Shown here: in pieces, positions 36,804 through 48,840 of the stretch
Layout of the letters: each line of letters begins with the position of its first letter
Numbering within the stretch: position 1 is the stretch's first letter
DNA from: Gnetum montanum
Lineage: Eukaryota > Plantae > Gnetophyta
DNA length: 62,103 nucleotides
Assembly: GCA_015680685.1 (NCBI GenBank)
Contig: MNCI01002485.1
Location: 590,346 to 652,448, forward strand
Direction: 5' to 3'
Notes under the pieces: model-generated
Database searches by the model: none
What the model was told of the DNA's origin: nothing
Seen by the model: only the letters and a program-made list of their open reading frames with translations
Made by a program: the position numbers and the translations under genes

Positions 36804-39800
36804 GTTGGATAGAAGAAGTTGGGCTACAGGAGAAGAAAAACAATTGTTGCGTAGTTGAAAAAGATGGAATTTTTGTTGATGAGGGTTGCCATGAATCTTG
36901 ATGGATATGGATATAGGAAGATGGTCTAATAAGGTGGCATGGTGATGAACCATGGTAGTGGAGAAGGCTTGCCAGAAGGAAAGGGTGGAGAAATAGAACC
37001 TATCTAACCTATTGTAGATGTGAGCCTTTCCAAGACGAAGATTGCTCTAGGTAAGTCTATGGAGGGGAGTGTCCACGGAGGTGTCCACCCCATCAGAAAG
37101 GAAAACCTTTTCTTGAAGGTGGGCCAAGTTTGATACTCAAGGTTGGGCAGTTGAAAAAACACCCCTTTGAGTTTATCTTGAGGGAATTCAACCATATTAA
37201 AATCTTCTCCAAAGATCCAAGGCACTAGGGGAAGAGAATTTGCAAGTTCTTGCCAAAGGAGAGCCCGTTCTGTGGAGTCATTTGGGGGATAAATCAAGCA
37301 AATACCAAATGGGCCATGTGAGGAAGAGAAGGTGGCCCAAGAAACTCTATGCCTAGAATTGGAACCACTTTGAAGGGTTTTAGTTTTCCAGTAGGGAAAA
37401 AGAAGAATGGCCATGCCTCCTTTCCTGCTCACATGGGACGTTGCTAGGATTGAAGAGTGAGGAAGAAACTAATGGACAGAAAAGGATAAAAGGTCGGCTG
37501 AAACCTTAATTTCTTGAAGGAGAATGAAATCAAAGGCTATATTAAGACTAGAAATAAAGTTGCCTACTCACTTCCGTCGAAGCTTAGTAGTAAGGCCTCG
37601 AACGTTCCATGAAAGGAGGTTCATGGAGAAACAAGGGGCAATTTGGGTGAGAGGTCAACGGAAGGTTCGGAAGTCAAAGTATCAACTTCCATTGTTCCTG
37701 AGAGGAGGGCAAAGGAGTTGTTGATGGAGATAGGGGCCATGGAAGTATTCAATGAAGAGAAGCTTGAGGGAGGAATAGAACTAAAGGAAGCTTTAACTCA
37801 TTTCCTTCCATTGCCCACCACAAACTCATCCACTGAGATTGAGTTCGTGACTACCTTAGAGGGGATGACATGGGTGGAGGTGTGAGTACTTGACTTTTTT
37901 TTATGGCTTGGAGGGGCTTGACTGAGAGGAGGATTGTGGAGTTGTTGGGGAAGGAGAGTCGAATTTAAGGGATACTGAGGGTGGGCGTAATGGTGTGACT
38001 GGGGAATGCGTTTTCTGAGATGCTATAGGTTGTTTTTTCCTGGCTAGGATGGGGCACTTCGATATATGATGCTCAGCCCTATGACAATAGCTACACGAGT
38101 TTGGAAGGTAAAAATAGTCCACTTTTTGGGTAAAGAGTTTTCCACCAGCAACAAGGGTTAATGAGGTCCTTTGAAGAGCGATGTCCAATTCAATACAATA
38201 ATGGCGAATTTGAGTTCCATTAATCACCGTACAATGCTCAGAAATAATAGGACCTAGGGTGCTCACAATGTCCCTCTCCACAGATGAAAAAATAAGTGGA
38301 AGATTAGGCAATTCCACGTAACAGGGAATTATATTAAAATCTGGGTCATTAACATTAAAGTCAAATCTCTAGGTGTGTGCTATTAAAGTTGCATTCTGTG
38401 TTGGAAAAATTTTTAAAGAGAGAACCTTCTCGACGTGAGAGGCATCAGATAGTTCTACCAAAATAAAATTTTAAGCGTAATATCGAGCATGAGAAACCTA
38501 AATGCCCTGGGGCTGAAGAAGGTTTTGAACTTGAATGTTTATGCTTGGGGACCTTGGTAAGAACCCTACAATTTAAAAAAAATAAAATAAAGTGAGTTGC
38601 GAAATCTTTAGAAACTGCTTCAAAAATATCATCAGGTAAAAGGAAATCAATTGGAGGTGAGGTAGAAAAACTTCCCTAAGGAAGAGAAGAACCTGAAGAG
38701 TCTGCCATTGTGACACACCTACCCATGAAACAAACCCAACCTCTTCACAGTAGCAACATAGAAACACCCAGCCACAACCTCAAATTGATTCTTTGGATCC
38801 TAAGCTTGGAACAGGTTTGTCCCTGGTCTTGTGGATCCTGGATTTGTTATTTCAGATCTTTGGGTTTTTACAGATCACGAGTCTGTTTTTATAGATTTCA
38901 TTCAAGATCTGGGTGACATTCTTTTTGGTATTGATCACAGGCAAGAACACCACAGCACAGGGGATTTTGATCATTTGCAGGGTTTCTTAGGTCACAGACG
39001 TTGTTGTGGACATGGATCTATAGCTTCCTCAAGTTGTGGTCGTGGTTTTGCAAGTTGCAGTGGTTTTGCAGGTCTGGGCCCTCTTGCAAGGTGTGTAGAT
39101 GGGCACAACAACTTCCCAAGGTGCAGCGGTTTTGGGTGACGTGGATCTGATTTTGGGCGCAGCAACAATCAGCATGGTCCACGCAACAGTAGCCACGGGA
39201 ACCACCCAACCACAACCAATGAGGCCATCAAGATAGCATGTGGCCACCCCACCCACCTGCTATAGTTTCAAATAGTTGTTGTAGGAATCCAGTGAAGAAA
39301 AATGACCACTAGAGTCGTCAGAATGTAGCTGGAAGTTTGGACTATGCAATGTTAGACATTGGCCACGGCCGACTTGGACAGGCCTTAGCTTGTGGTCATG
39401 GTTGCGGTTTTGTCAGTGTCTGCATCTGCGCTTGGGCTCCCAAAAATTCACAAATGATTTATTAGACGGTTACAATATCTCAACATAGTGTTGAATAAAA
39501 AAAGGTTGAAAACATCATTGATGTAATGCCCCAAGTAGATAGAGTCAATTTGAAAGAAAGCAATCAACAAAATAAAATTAATAATATTATTTAATCATGT
39601 GAGCCAACTAACATGGTTGAATTACATGAGTTCTTTCTTTTAACCCTAAACTTTTACTTATTTATAATCTTTTCATATTATTTTTAATTATGTTTTTGTT
39701 CTAATGTCTTTTTTCTCATCTTCTTAGCAAGTATCTTAAAACTACTATGTGGTAGGTGTATTTCATATGCTCATTATCTAATTTTCTTTAGATGTAGCCA

Positions 39801-40340
39801 AGCCTTCCAAAATATAATTTTTGTAGTTTATCTAAAAAAATTATTACAAGGCTTCCTCTAACATTTTGTATTACTAAATTTAGTTCTTCTTTTATCATTA
39901 AGCATCCATTAAAGCATTTGCATTTTTGCCCTATGGATTTATTGTACATGTTTGATGAAATGCATTTTTTCATTTGCTCCAATATCGAGTACCCAATGTC
40001 AAAGCCTTGACATCGAGTATCTAGAGCCTAGATGCAATGTTAGATATCTGATGTCACAGGATATACACCAGCCTATAAATATAGTGCTTGGGCTCACAAT
40101 TTCCATATAGTTTTGCATTAGTTTTCTATAGTTTTGTCAATAGAATAGCTGAACCCTTGCAGTTTTATTCCATAATCTTACAAAATAGTCAGTGAGTGCC
40201 CACAGAGTGGATCTAAGTTAGTTGTATGAAATCTTTTTCTATTAGCAATGTATCTGGACATATTCCATGAACAATAATAAGATTGAGATTGATTTTTATT
40301 CATTGTAGCACTTTGACTTAGATTAAATTTACTTTCCATG

Positions 40341-42697
40341 TGAAACACCATCAATTTTGGGCCATCATGATTCTCTAGGTGTAATGCCATGATGGACCAC
40401 ACAAATGGTTCGACACCCTGGAAGTCCTAATGCCTACAAGGTTGTGTTCGAGTGTGCCTCCTACGCTCTTCACCATAGTTAGCATAGCACCTAGTTGCAG
40501 AGCCAGTTCGCACAAATGGAGCATTAAAGGTAGACCATACTATCTGGCAAATTTTCTATCTCCCCGGCTAACAAGCTTGCTACACTCTCTAGCTTACCTA
40601 GCTTGACATTTGACCCAGTTTACTGTCTACCCAGGGACCATGCTAGGAGTTGTTAAAGGTGTTTAGGATGGACTAAATATTTCAACAAGTTTTCTAATTG
40701 TGAAACCTGCTACGCTGCACAGTGTAGCAGGCTGTGTGGAGACTAATTAGGCGCCAAAGATGTAGTTGGCAAGGATTCAATCCTCCAGGATACCTGCCCT
40801 ACTTCATCCTTGAAGCATGATCAGCATGACACAGGAGAACGTGATACATTTCATCAGAAACCATCTCCATTTGTGTGATACGCTGTTCTATGCTACACAG
40901 CGTAGCACAGTGTAGTAGGGTTCTAATGTGACAATGTCTCTGCTCAGATTGTTTTGACGAAGTAAACATAATGGCCCATGCCTTGACCATGAAAAAAATG
41001 CTTGTTCTACTTTGACCTCATGACATGGCCAAGATCCCACAATGGAACACTTACAAAGTAATGCAAAATTTAGGCAAAACTGGCTGCTACATTATGCTAC
41101 ACTATAGTGTAGCAGGGTGATAATACAAGAAAATCTTGCGATAAGCTATTCTAGTGAAAGAATTGCACTTGGCCATGCTTCAACCTCCAAAACTACTTGT
41201 CACACTTTGCCCTCAAGTCTCAAATGAAACTCTCCTACCAAAGCATTGCAGGTTCTGACTCAAATTCATGCTAGACTAACTGCTATGCTGTGCTATGCTA
41301 CATAGCGTAGCAAAGCGTAACAAGGACTCAAAGCCCAAAAGTGTCACAAGGATGAAATTAGTAGGTCCTAGGACCTTTCAACATGAAAAGCAGGGTTGCC
41401 AATTACTGAAGTTACTTGCCTGACCAAGTGTCAAAATGATATTTTCAGTTATCTGGAAAAAATTCACACAAAGGAGAAGTGCTATGTTGCGCTATGCTAC
41501 CCAGTGTAGCACAGCGTAGCAAGTAAAGTGTTCACACTACGCTGCTATGCTGGGTAGCGTAACACTCACAGAGAAGCCTCAAGACATCTCCAGTAACTCC
41601 AAAATTCATGGGAAGTGTTTATTTATGCTCCATCATCTCCTCGATAGACAAGATCAACAGTTTGCTTTGTTTTGCACCCCCCTGTTGATTCCTAAAGTTG
41701 TCCCTACGCTTGACTTGACTCGCAAGAGAAGGGAATATGTAGTCCTAGAGCGTAGGCTCCACTTTGCATTTGATGTCAGAATTTTTTGTAAAAACATAGC
41801 AATCCTCTGGATTCTAGCACATGTAATTTGAATGATATGGTCATAACCTAGCAAGTTCCATTTCTAGCCTTGTCCCACTTAGTGTAGCACATCAACTTAG
41901 CAATACACGTCAGTGTAGCACATCCATGATTTGTGCAATGTGGGACCCAGGACACGTGGCATCCAAACCATGTCTCTCTCCTGCTCTTGGTCCTATAAAT
42001 ACCCCAACAAACAATGTTTAAGGGGTTGGCTTTTTGATTTGGCTTTCTTGCGATTGGCTTCTAGAGATTGGCATTTTGGCAATTGGCTTTCTAGCAATTA
42101 GCTTTGGCGAGGAGATTGGTGAACAAAAGGTTGATGAATAGCAAACCCCAACAGTAGCACTTCCCGGATCTCTCCTCAACCCAATGTAGCAGCTCTTAGC
42201 CCAACAAGCACTAGCTCATTAGTTCCTGTTAGCATGCCATTGGCAGCAGTCTAGGAGCTGTGACCATATCATTCTGTTGTTAGCTATGCTTTTCCAATAC
42301 TGCACATCAATTGTACATCTTCTTCAACTAAACAAAGATCAGATCCCCCAATTTTGGGGTAGTGCATTCTTTCACTTAAGCTCATTTCATTTCATTATAG
42401 CATATATTTTGCACTATTGTGTATCGGTTCATGTTTATTGCTCAGTTAGATATTCTACTATGCTTTTACTATTTCGTGTGCTACAGTTTTCTTCACCTTA
42501 ATCTCCACACATAACATTTTAAAACCATTGTTCACAAAAGGTTACTATACATGGTGTAAGTCCCTGTCTGATCGACCAGACCATTCAAGGCACCCCGTTT
42601 CTGTTTTCTCCAACACAGCCCTTACATGGATTCAGGGTTAGGCTGTACGCCTGATAATCTCTCGGTGTTGCAGCCACCGATGTTTTTGGACGTAACA
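40341..42697 (+). repeat. 5' LTR of the Tat element (about 2.36 kb)
   Basis: TGAAACACC...GTAACA; colinear with 54138-56495; TATA CCTATAAATA at about 41992. Confidence 0.95.
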
Positions 42698-42702
42698 GTT
42701 TT

Positions 42703-42719
42703 TGGCACTAGAAGAAGGG
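42703..42719 (+). promoter_or_regulatory. PBS, tRNA-Asn type
   Basis: TGGCACTAGAAGAAGGG differs by two G>A changes from TGGCGCTAGAAGGAGGG, the complement of the plant tRNA-Asn 3' end as recalled. Confidence 0.75.
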
Positions 42720-42879
42720 CTTGAACCTTTGTGTGTCACAGGTAACCTTGCATGCTGTTTGTACCCTGTCACTAGTAACCTACTAGCGTAGATGTGATAC
42801 CCTTGTGGTTGTCTACACATTGAGTGGTTCAGATTGGTCGCTACGATGGTTCCTTTGGAACCCTATAGGTCGAAAGCCC

Positions 42880-43410
42880 AAAATAGTCTACTATGTTACG
42901 CCGCTTGTGTCCCATGTAGCATGGTGTCCCTGTCAGCATAGCAAGTCCAAAACTTTCTATTATGTCACGCTACCAACGTTTTATGTAGCATAGTGACCTT
43001 GCTAGCGTAGAAATTTCCGAATAGTTTACTATGATACGTTGACTATCCACTGTGTTATGCTAGACCATCTACTAAGTCACATTGCCTACCTACTGCGTTA
43101 CACTATCTACATTCCATATAGCATAGCGACCCTGTCAGTGTAGTAGTTCCTACACTATCCATTGTGTTACGCTACCTATCTACTACATTACACTACCTGC
43201 GTCCTGTGTAGCATAGTGACCCTGTTAGTGTAACAATTCCTACATTGTCCATTGTGATACGCTAACCGTCTACTATGTTACACTACCTACGCCACGTGTA
43301 GCGTAGCGATCTTGTCAGTGTAGTGCTTTCACTGTGTTATGCTATCTACTGCATTACGCTGACTACTACGTTACATTGTCTACTGTGATACGCTGTCCAC
43401 TATGTTACGT
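42880..43410 (+). repeat. Degenerate short-period repeat array in the Tat 5' leader
   Basis: Recurrent CTACTATGTTACGCTA / TAGCATAGTGACC units. Confidence 0.7.
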
Positions 43411-43596
43411 TGCCATTTAGCATGAAAACCTTCTATTTTCCAATCGTTTCTCACACATATCTCTCCCTCTTATACCTCTTTTGTGTAGAAAAGATAAATC
43501 CTACAACCACTTCGGTTTCCACCTCAAACTCGGAAGCATCCTACTCTATCCAACATATGATAGGTCCCGAGCGACCGCCTAGCCTAGTGCTAGTAC

Positions 43597-46500
43597 AGTG
43601 ATAGTCCCTTAGACTATGACAACAATCTCTTAAACTTTTTCCCCAAGACAAAGAGCGATATAATTTTCTATGTGCAAAAACCCAAGTGAATCTACCATTA
43701 GACTATCAGGAATATGAAGAAAAACATAACTTTGAGTTCATCCATTGGAACGGGAGGGAGTTCATTCCTACTCTTGATACCATTATCCCATTGACTGAAA
43801 TGTATCAATGGGTGCTAAACCAACTTATACAATTAAGTAGGGAAAGAGAACAAGACACGACCTCCCATTATGATGAACCATTTTAAGATGCGCAATAGGA
43901 GTTGGACTCCCACTCTAAAGGTGGTGGCCCAATCTACACCATGGCTGTCCCTTCCACCACTGTTGCCCATTCATACCAATCGTAATTTCCCATCTTTATT
44001 GCTATTGCCATAGCTCAGTTGCAACCCAGACCCTCTTTGGTGATAGGTAGTCACCAAACCTTGTCAACATATCAGCAAGTGGGCCCTTCAACCTCATTTC
44101 CTATTAATCATCCTTTCTAGTTTGTTCCAACTCCGCACCAAACATCTGTAATGCCCACACTATTGTACGTGCACACCATGCTCACCTCACAGTTGCATGT
44201 AAGTTCCGTTCCTATCCCCTCCTCTATAAACATTCCACCATTAGTAGTAGGTCCAACCTCAACCGCATGGTGGACAACAACAACCTCTTTTTTCACAACT
44301 CAACTGTCTCATTTGCAGCAATATGCGCAACCCCAAATATACCAAGTTCCGCATATAATGCAACCAAACATGAGGTTATGGGCCACTCCAACCATGGGAA
44401 AAATGACCGCATCCACAGTGCCACCAATGGTAGCCACTCCAGTGGCACCACTCGTTGGGTTGTGGCCCTCTCAAACGATACCACTAGTAGGGGCTATTCA
44501 AACAATGCCCCCAATGGGACTGGTAACCACACCAACAATACCACCAGTGATGGCTGCTCCTGTAGCTTCAAAACCCCCTGTGACACCCCCAGGTCTGGAC
44601 CAAGCTTTCCAACTCATCTAGACCCTTATTGATGAAATTAAATGGCTTAAAGCTACTAGCTCAGAAATAGTCTAGGTCATAAACTTCTATCAGGATAACC
44701 CAATTAGTCTAGCCAGTCATATGGTAATGTTGCCTCCTGGGGTACAACTGCCCTAGTTCACAAAATACAATGGAGAGTGTGACCCGAATGCCCACCTGGT
44801 TACATTCAGGTCTGAATCCCTACTACTACAACCATGGCCCCATGCCTTTATCTGTGTATTTGCCATGTCCTTGAAGGGTAAAGCCTTAGCCTAGTACTGC
44901 ATCCTTCCCCGTGCCTCAATCTCAACATTGGAAGAACTATTAAGCCAGTTTGTGACTTGCTTTAAGTATAACCTAAAGATGAAAGTCACTTTGGATCAAC
45001 TTATGAGTGTCAAACAAGAGCCACTAGAATCTGTGCAAAAGTTCATACAACAATGGAGCGCTACCTTAAATGAAATTCATGAACCAATCGTTGAGGCCCA
45101 TTTATTGGTCATTTTCAAAGGTGTGGTAAATGATTTCATTAAATCCAAACTATACTACTTGGCCCCACGTTCCCTTAGCTAGGTGTTCGCTCAAACCAAG
45201 AGTATCCAAGATGTAGTGGAAGCTAGTAGGGATCTAGCCTATGTAGCATATAAAAATGGACATACAAAGAAGGACAAGGAGAGAGGTAAAGATACGACAA
45301 CCATAGTAGTCATTGTAGCCCATGAGACCAACAAGGGTAAACAGATGGATAAAGCATCTAAAACTCATGCCACAACCAACACAGCACCTGGCCCTAGCAG
45401 TACTAGCCAACCTTCAGCCTTAGCAACTACCGCCCAAACTTCGGTGAGGCCAAATTTTGAGCGTAAGGACCGTTCAAAACACACTCCGTTACCAATCAAG
45501 CCATCTACACTTTTAAAACAATTGTTGGGAGCTGGGCACATTCAACATAAATGGATGTCAAAGAAGGCTCTTAAACGGCATAAAAGGTACCGTGAAGTCC
45601 TTTGTGACCCCTCTATGATTACGCCTAATGACCCACCAGTACTTAGGAACTTTAGACTAGAGCGCTTCTACGATTATCATCAAGTGTGCAGGCATGACAT
45701 AGACTATTGCTTTGCACTAAAAGATGATATTCAATGAATGACCAATCAAGGTAAGTTGGTCCTTGATAAGAGTAGTCCTGTTCAACCCGAAAACCAATTG
45801 ATGAATGTTTATAAAGACCCATTGAATACTAACAATATGGGTTATAATATTAATGCTATTGGTGTGGATGATAACACAAAGTCACAACATTAGCCATTTT
45901 TGGTTCGTGTACCTCCTCGCAACCCTGAAGCATCAACAACAACTAGGTCGCAAATCCCATTTGTCATTAAAGTCCCTCAGACATCTGTTGCACCTTTTGT
46001 ACTTAAGACTACATCACTTGCTACCATAACAATGTAGGCACCTTTTGTTGTCAAGGTGCCCAAGCATACGGCTCCCTCTACAACCCAAGGTCCAACGATA
46101 AGAACTACATTACAATGTTTCCATTCGAGGAAATGTGAAGAGCATCTAGCAGATAAGTTGGCTAGAGAACATACTGCATTGGGCCCCCCTAAGCCCACCC
46201 GTTTGTTAGCCGTGCCCATGACTTCATCATCAAAGGCTATGGGTAGCAAGCAACCACCGTCCTCTAAGCCAACAAAACTAGTCATTCAATCTAAACCCAC
46301 TCCTCCTCGAGAGATTCACCTTTTAGGATGCATAGAAGAAGCAATGATGAGCAAACAACCAGACAATGGGCAAGATTTCCTAGATGCGCTTTCCCAAGTT
46401 AAACAAGATTTAAAGAAAAGGAATACAACATTAAGCTTGTATGACCTAATAATGACTTCTACGGTGCACCATGAAGCTTTAATTCACATGTTAGCATCCA

Positions 46501-47280
46501 TTTTGGTTAGTGAGGATATGCCAGTCGAGGAGAAAGCTATCCATGTCGTCATGCTTCCTCCTATGGCTGAAGAACCACGACCAACCCAATTAACATTTCA
46601 AGACAAAGCCATCAAAGATGACCCTGAAAAGGGTCAAGTAACTACTGCCCCCATGTTTATCATGATTCGAGTGGATCAATACAAAATTTGCAGAGTACAC
46701 GTTGATGACGGGGCCACCACTAATGTGATCATATTTTCCATTGTTGACAGGTTGGACCTAGTGGATCAAATCAAGCCCACAATAACTTCCTATTTGAAAT
46801 CATTTAATGGAGCATGTGTCGTAGTCAAAGGAACTATTAATATCAACTTTGTGGTGGGGGACCAGTTCCCCACCAGCGCCGAATTCATTATGGTGGAGGA
46901 AATGCCTAGGTTTAACTTGATCTTGGGGAGATCATGGTTAGCCCATTTAAGAGTTGTCTCCTCACCAATACACCAAGAAACCCACCTACCCTATGTGGGT
47001 GGAGAGGCGGTGATATTTGGTGACAAAATAGCCCCCTGGGCTATAAATATTATAGACATAGAACAAGGGTCAGAGATAGAAATCTCTGAAAATGCATCAC
47101 CCATCCACAATGAACCCCCATGTTCAATAGATCAGCCACCCAAAACTACCAACTTAGACTAGGAAACCACTTGGGATGAATTGCCTTTCCAAATAGCAGA
47201 TGACAACATAAAGGAATATCACCACAAAGCTTCCAGGCCATATGCTCTGCCTAACCCACAACGGGTTAGGAAATAATTGC
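43597..47280 (+). pseudogene. Tat gag-protease (decayed)
   Basis: LP*FTKYNGECDPNAHL..SLKGKALA*Y; SVKQEPLESVQKFIQQW; YDYHQVCRHDIDYC; protease RVHVDDGATTNVI...FNLILGRSWL. Start coordinate is approximate. Confidence 0.85.
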
Positions 47281-47424
47281 GTAATTAGAGTCTACCTCTA
47301 ATTTACTTCGATGAATGCTTGGCCTTAATACTCTTATTTCTTTTGATTTTGCATTATGTTCGTTGTTTACATTATGTCCACTATTTGCATCATGACATCG
47401 TTTGCATTAATTATCTCAACAACT

Positions 47425-47640
47425 GCCCAGAATGGCCTTAAACTATTGCTACGGCCCACTAAGGCCTAAAACTGGCAATCGACCTTTAGAAATTATCTTA
47501 ACAATGGCCTGAAATGGCCTTAAACTATTGCATGGCCCAAAATGGCCCTAAACTAGCAAGGGCCTGAAATGCCCTTAAACTATTGCAATGGCCCGAAATG
47601 GCCTTAAGCTAGCAATGGCCCAAAATGGCCTTAAACTAGA
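47425..47640 (+). repeat. Tandem array of 27-31 bp units in the PR-RT spacer
   Basis: Repeated GGCCYRAAATGGCCTTAAACTA(G/TTG)CAAT. Confidence 0.85.
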
Positions 47641-48840
47641 ACAAGGGGCTCACAAGGGGCCCAAGCACATTAATAAAATATTAACCAAAAGAAATGAAAT
47701 AAGTGTTTCACTTTTTACTCTTCATTAAATTTGAGTCCATACAATAAGGATTACAAAGAATAAAATACAAACAAAAAAATCCCCTTACACGTGCTACACT
47801 ACGCTGAACATGTGCTACGTTGCCTAAAAACCTTCTAAACTAGAATTCCCTCCATGGGTGCTATGCTATGCTGAATGTGTGCTACACTGCCTAGAACCTC
47901 CCAAACCCTAATAATGGTGCATTGCCCATTCCCAACAATGGTGGTCAGGGCAGTGTTGCGTGCCAACCATAGCATAGTGCTCTCCATGACGGCTGCGGCT
48001 AGAGTGGCAACAACCACAACATAGCAACTAAAGCAGTGGCCAAGGCCATAACAATGACATTCATTGTGTAGCAATGGTAGGGATCGTAGTGGCCAAGGCA
48101 TGGTGACCATAGTGACAATGCCACTAAATAAATCACACAATGTAAGCAAGGGTAGCATAGTGACTTACCGAGTAGATGGTGCCTCCTGGCATTCCTCAAT
48201 GCACACCTTGGGGAGACATCATAGGATGCATTCCCCTTCCTCCACATTGGCAAGACATCATAGGGTGACAAACTCTGATGTATTGACTACTACGCTGTAG
48301 CTGCTATGCTGTCTCTCAGCCCAACCATGCTACGCTCTGGGTGTTAGCTCTGACAGTGAAAGTGACAAGATTACCATGGGTAATCCCCTTTTTATAGCCT
48401 ATAGGGTTATAGCACTTATTACTTTTTAGGGTGTTCCATGTCTCGCGCATGACGTGGGACATTCCGCGTCTCACGCGTAACGTGAAACACCCTTGTCTAC
48501 TATAGCGTAGCATGGGACACCTCATGTCTACTACAGCGTAGCACATAGTTGCAACGTAACACATAAATACACCAAAATTTTTGCCTTATTTTCATAATGT
48601 TGCATAGTTACAGTCTGCTACAACCTTAAACTAGCAATTCTGACTTACAACATTGCATGGTTACGGTCCGTTATGACCTTAAACTGGCAGTCTTCGACAT
48701 GAAATTTTGCATAGTCACAGTTTGCTAAGACCTTAAACTGGAAACTCTTTAATGTTGCATCATTGCTTTGCATATATTCATTACATGTTGCTATCTTAAG
48801 CAAGTATCACTTGACTTTGTTTGTTTACTTATTGTGGCAG

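Larger units (their letters stand above)
26091..39440 (-). mobile_element. Full-length decayed L1-type LINE of a second family (ordinary ORF2 end), interrupted by the LTR element at 29298-36803
   Basis: TSD CAAGAAATCACAAATTATTTATT (26068-26090) versus CAAAAATTCACAAATGATTTATT (39441-39463), 20/23 match; ORF1 knuckle CSYCHRAEHHISKC; ORF2 MNLLSWNVRGL at 37624, KAPGYDGFPIEFF, KLDYAKAYD, HMFWHCPFAQHVW..YIWKRRC; frame rejoins across the insertion (LLLSN|LWNAKP). Confidence 0.92.
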
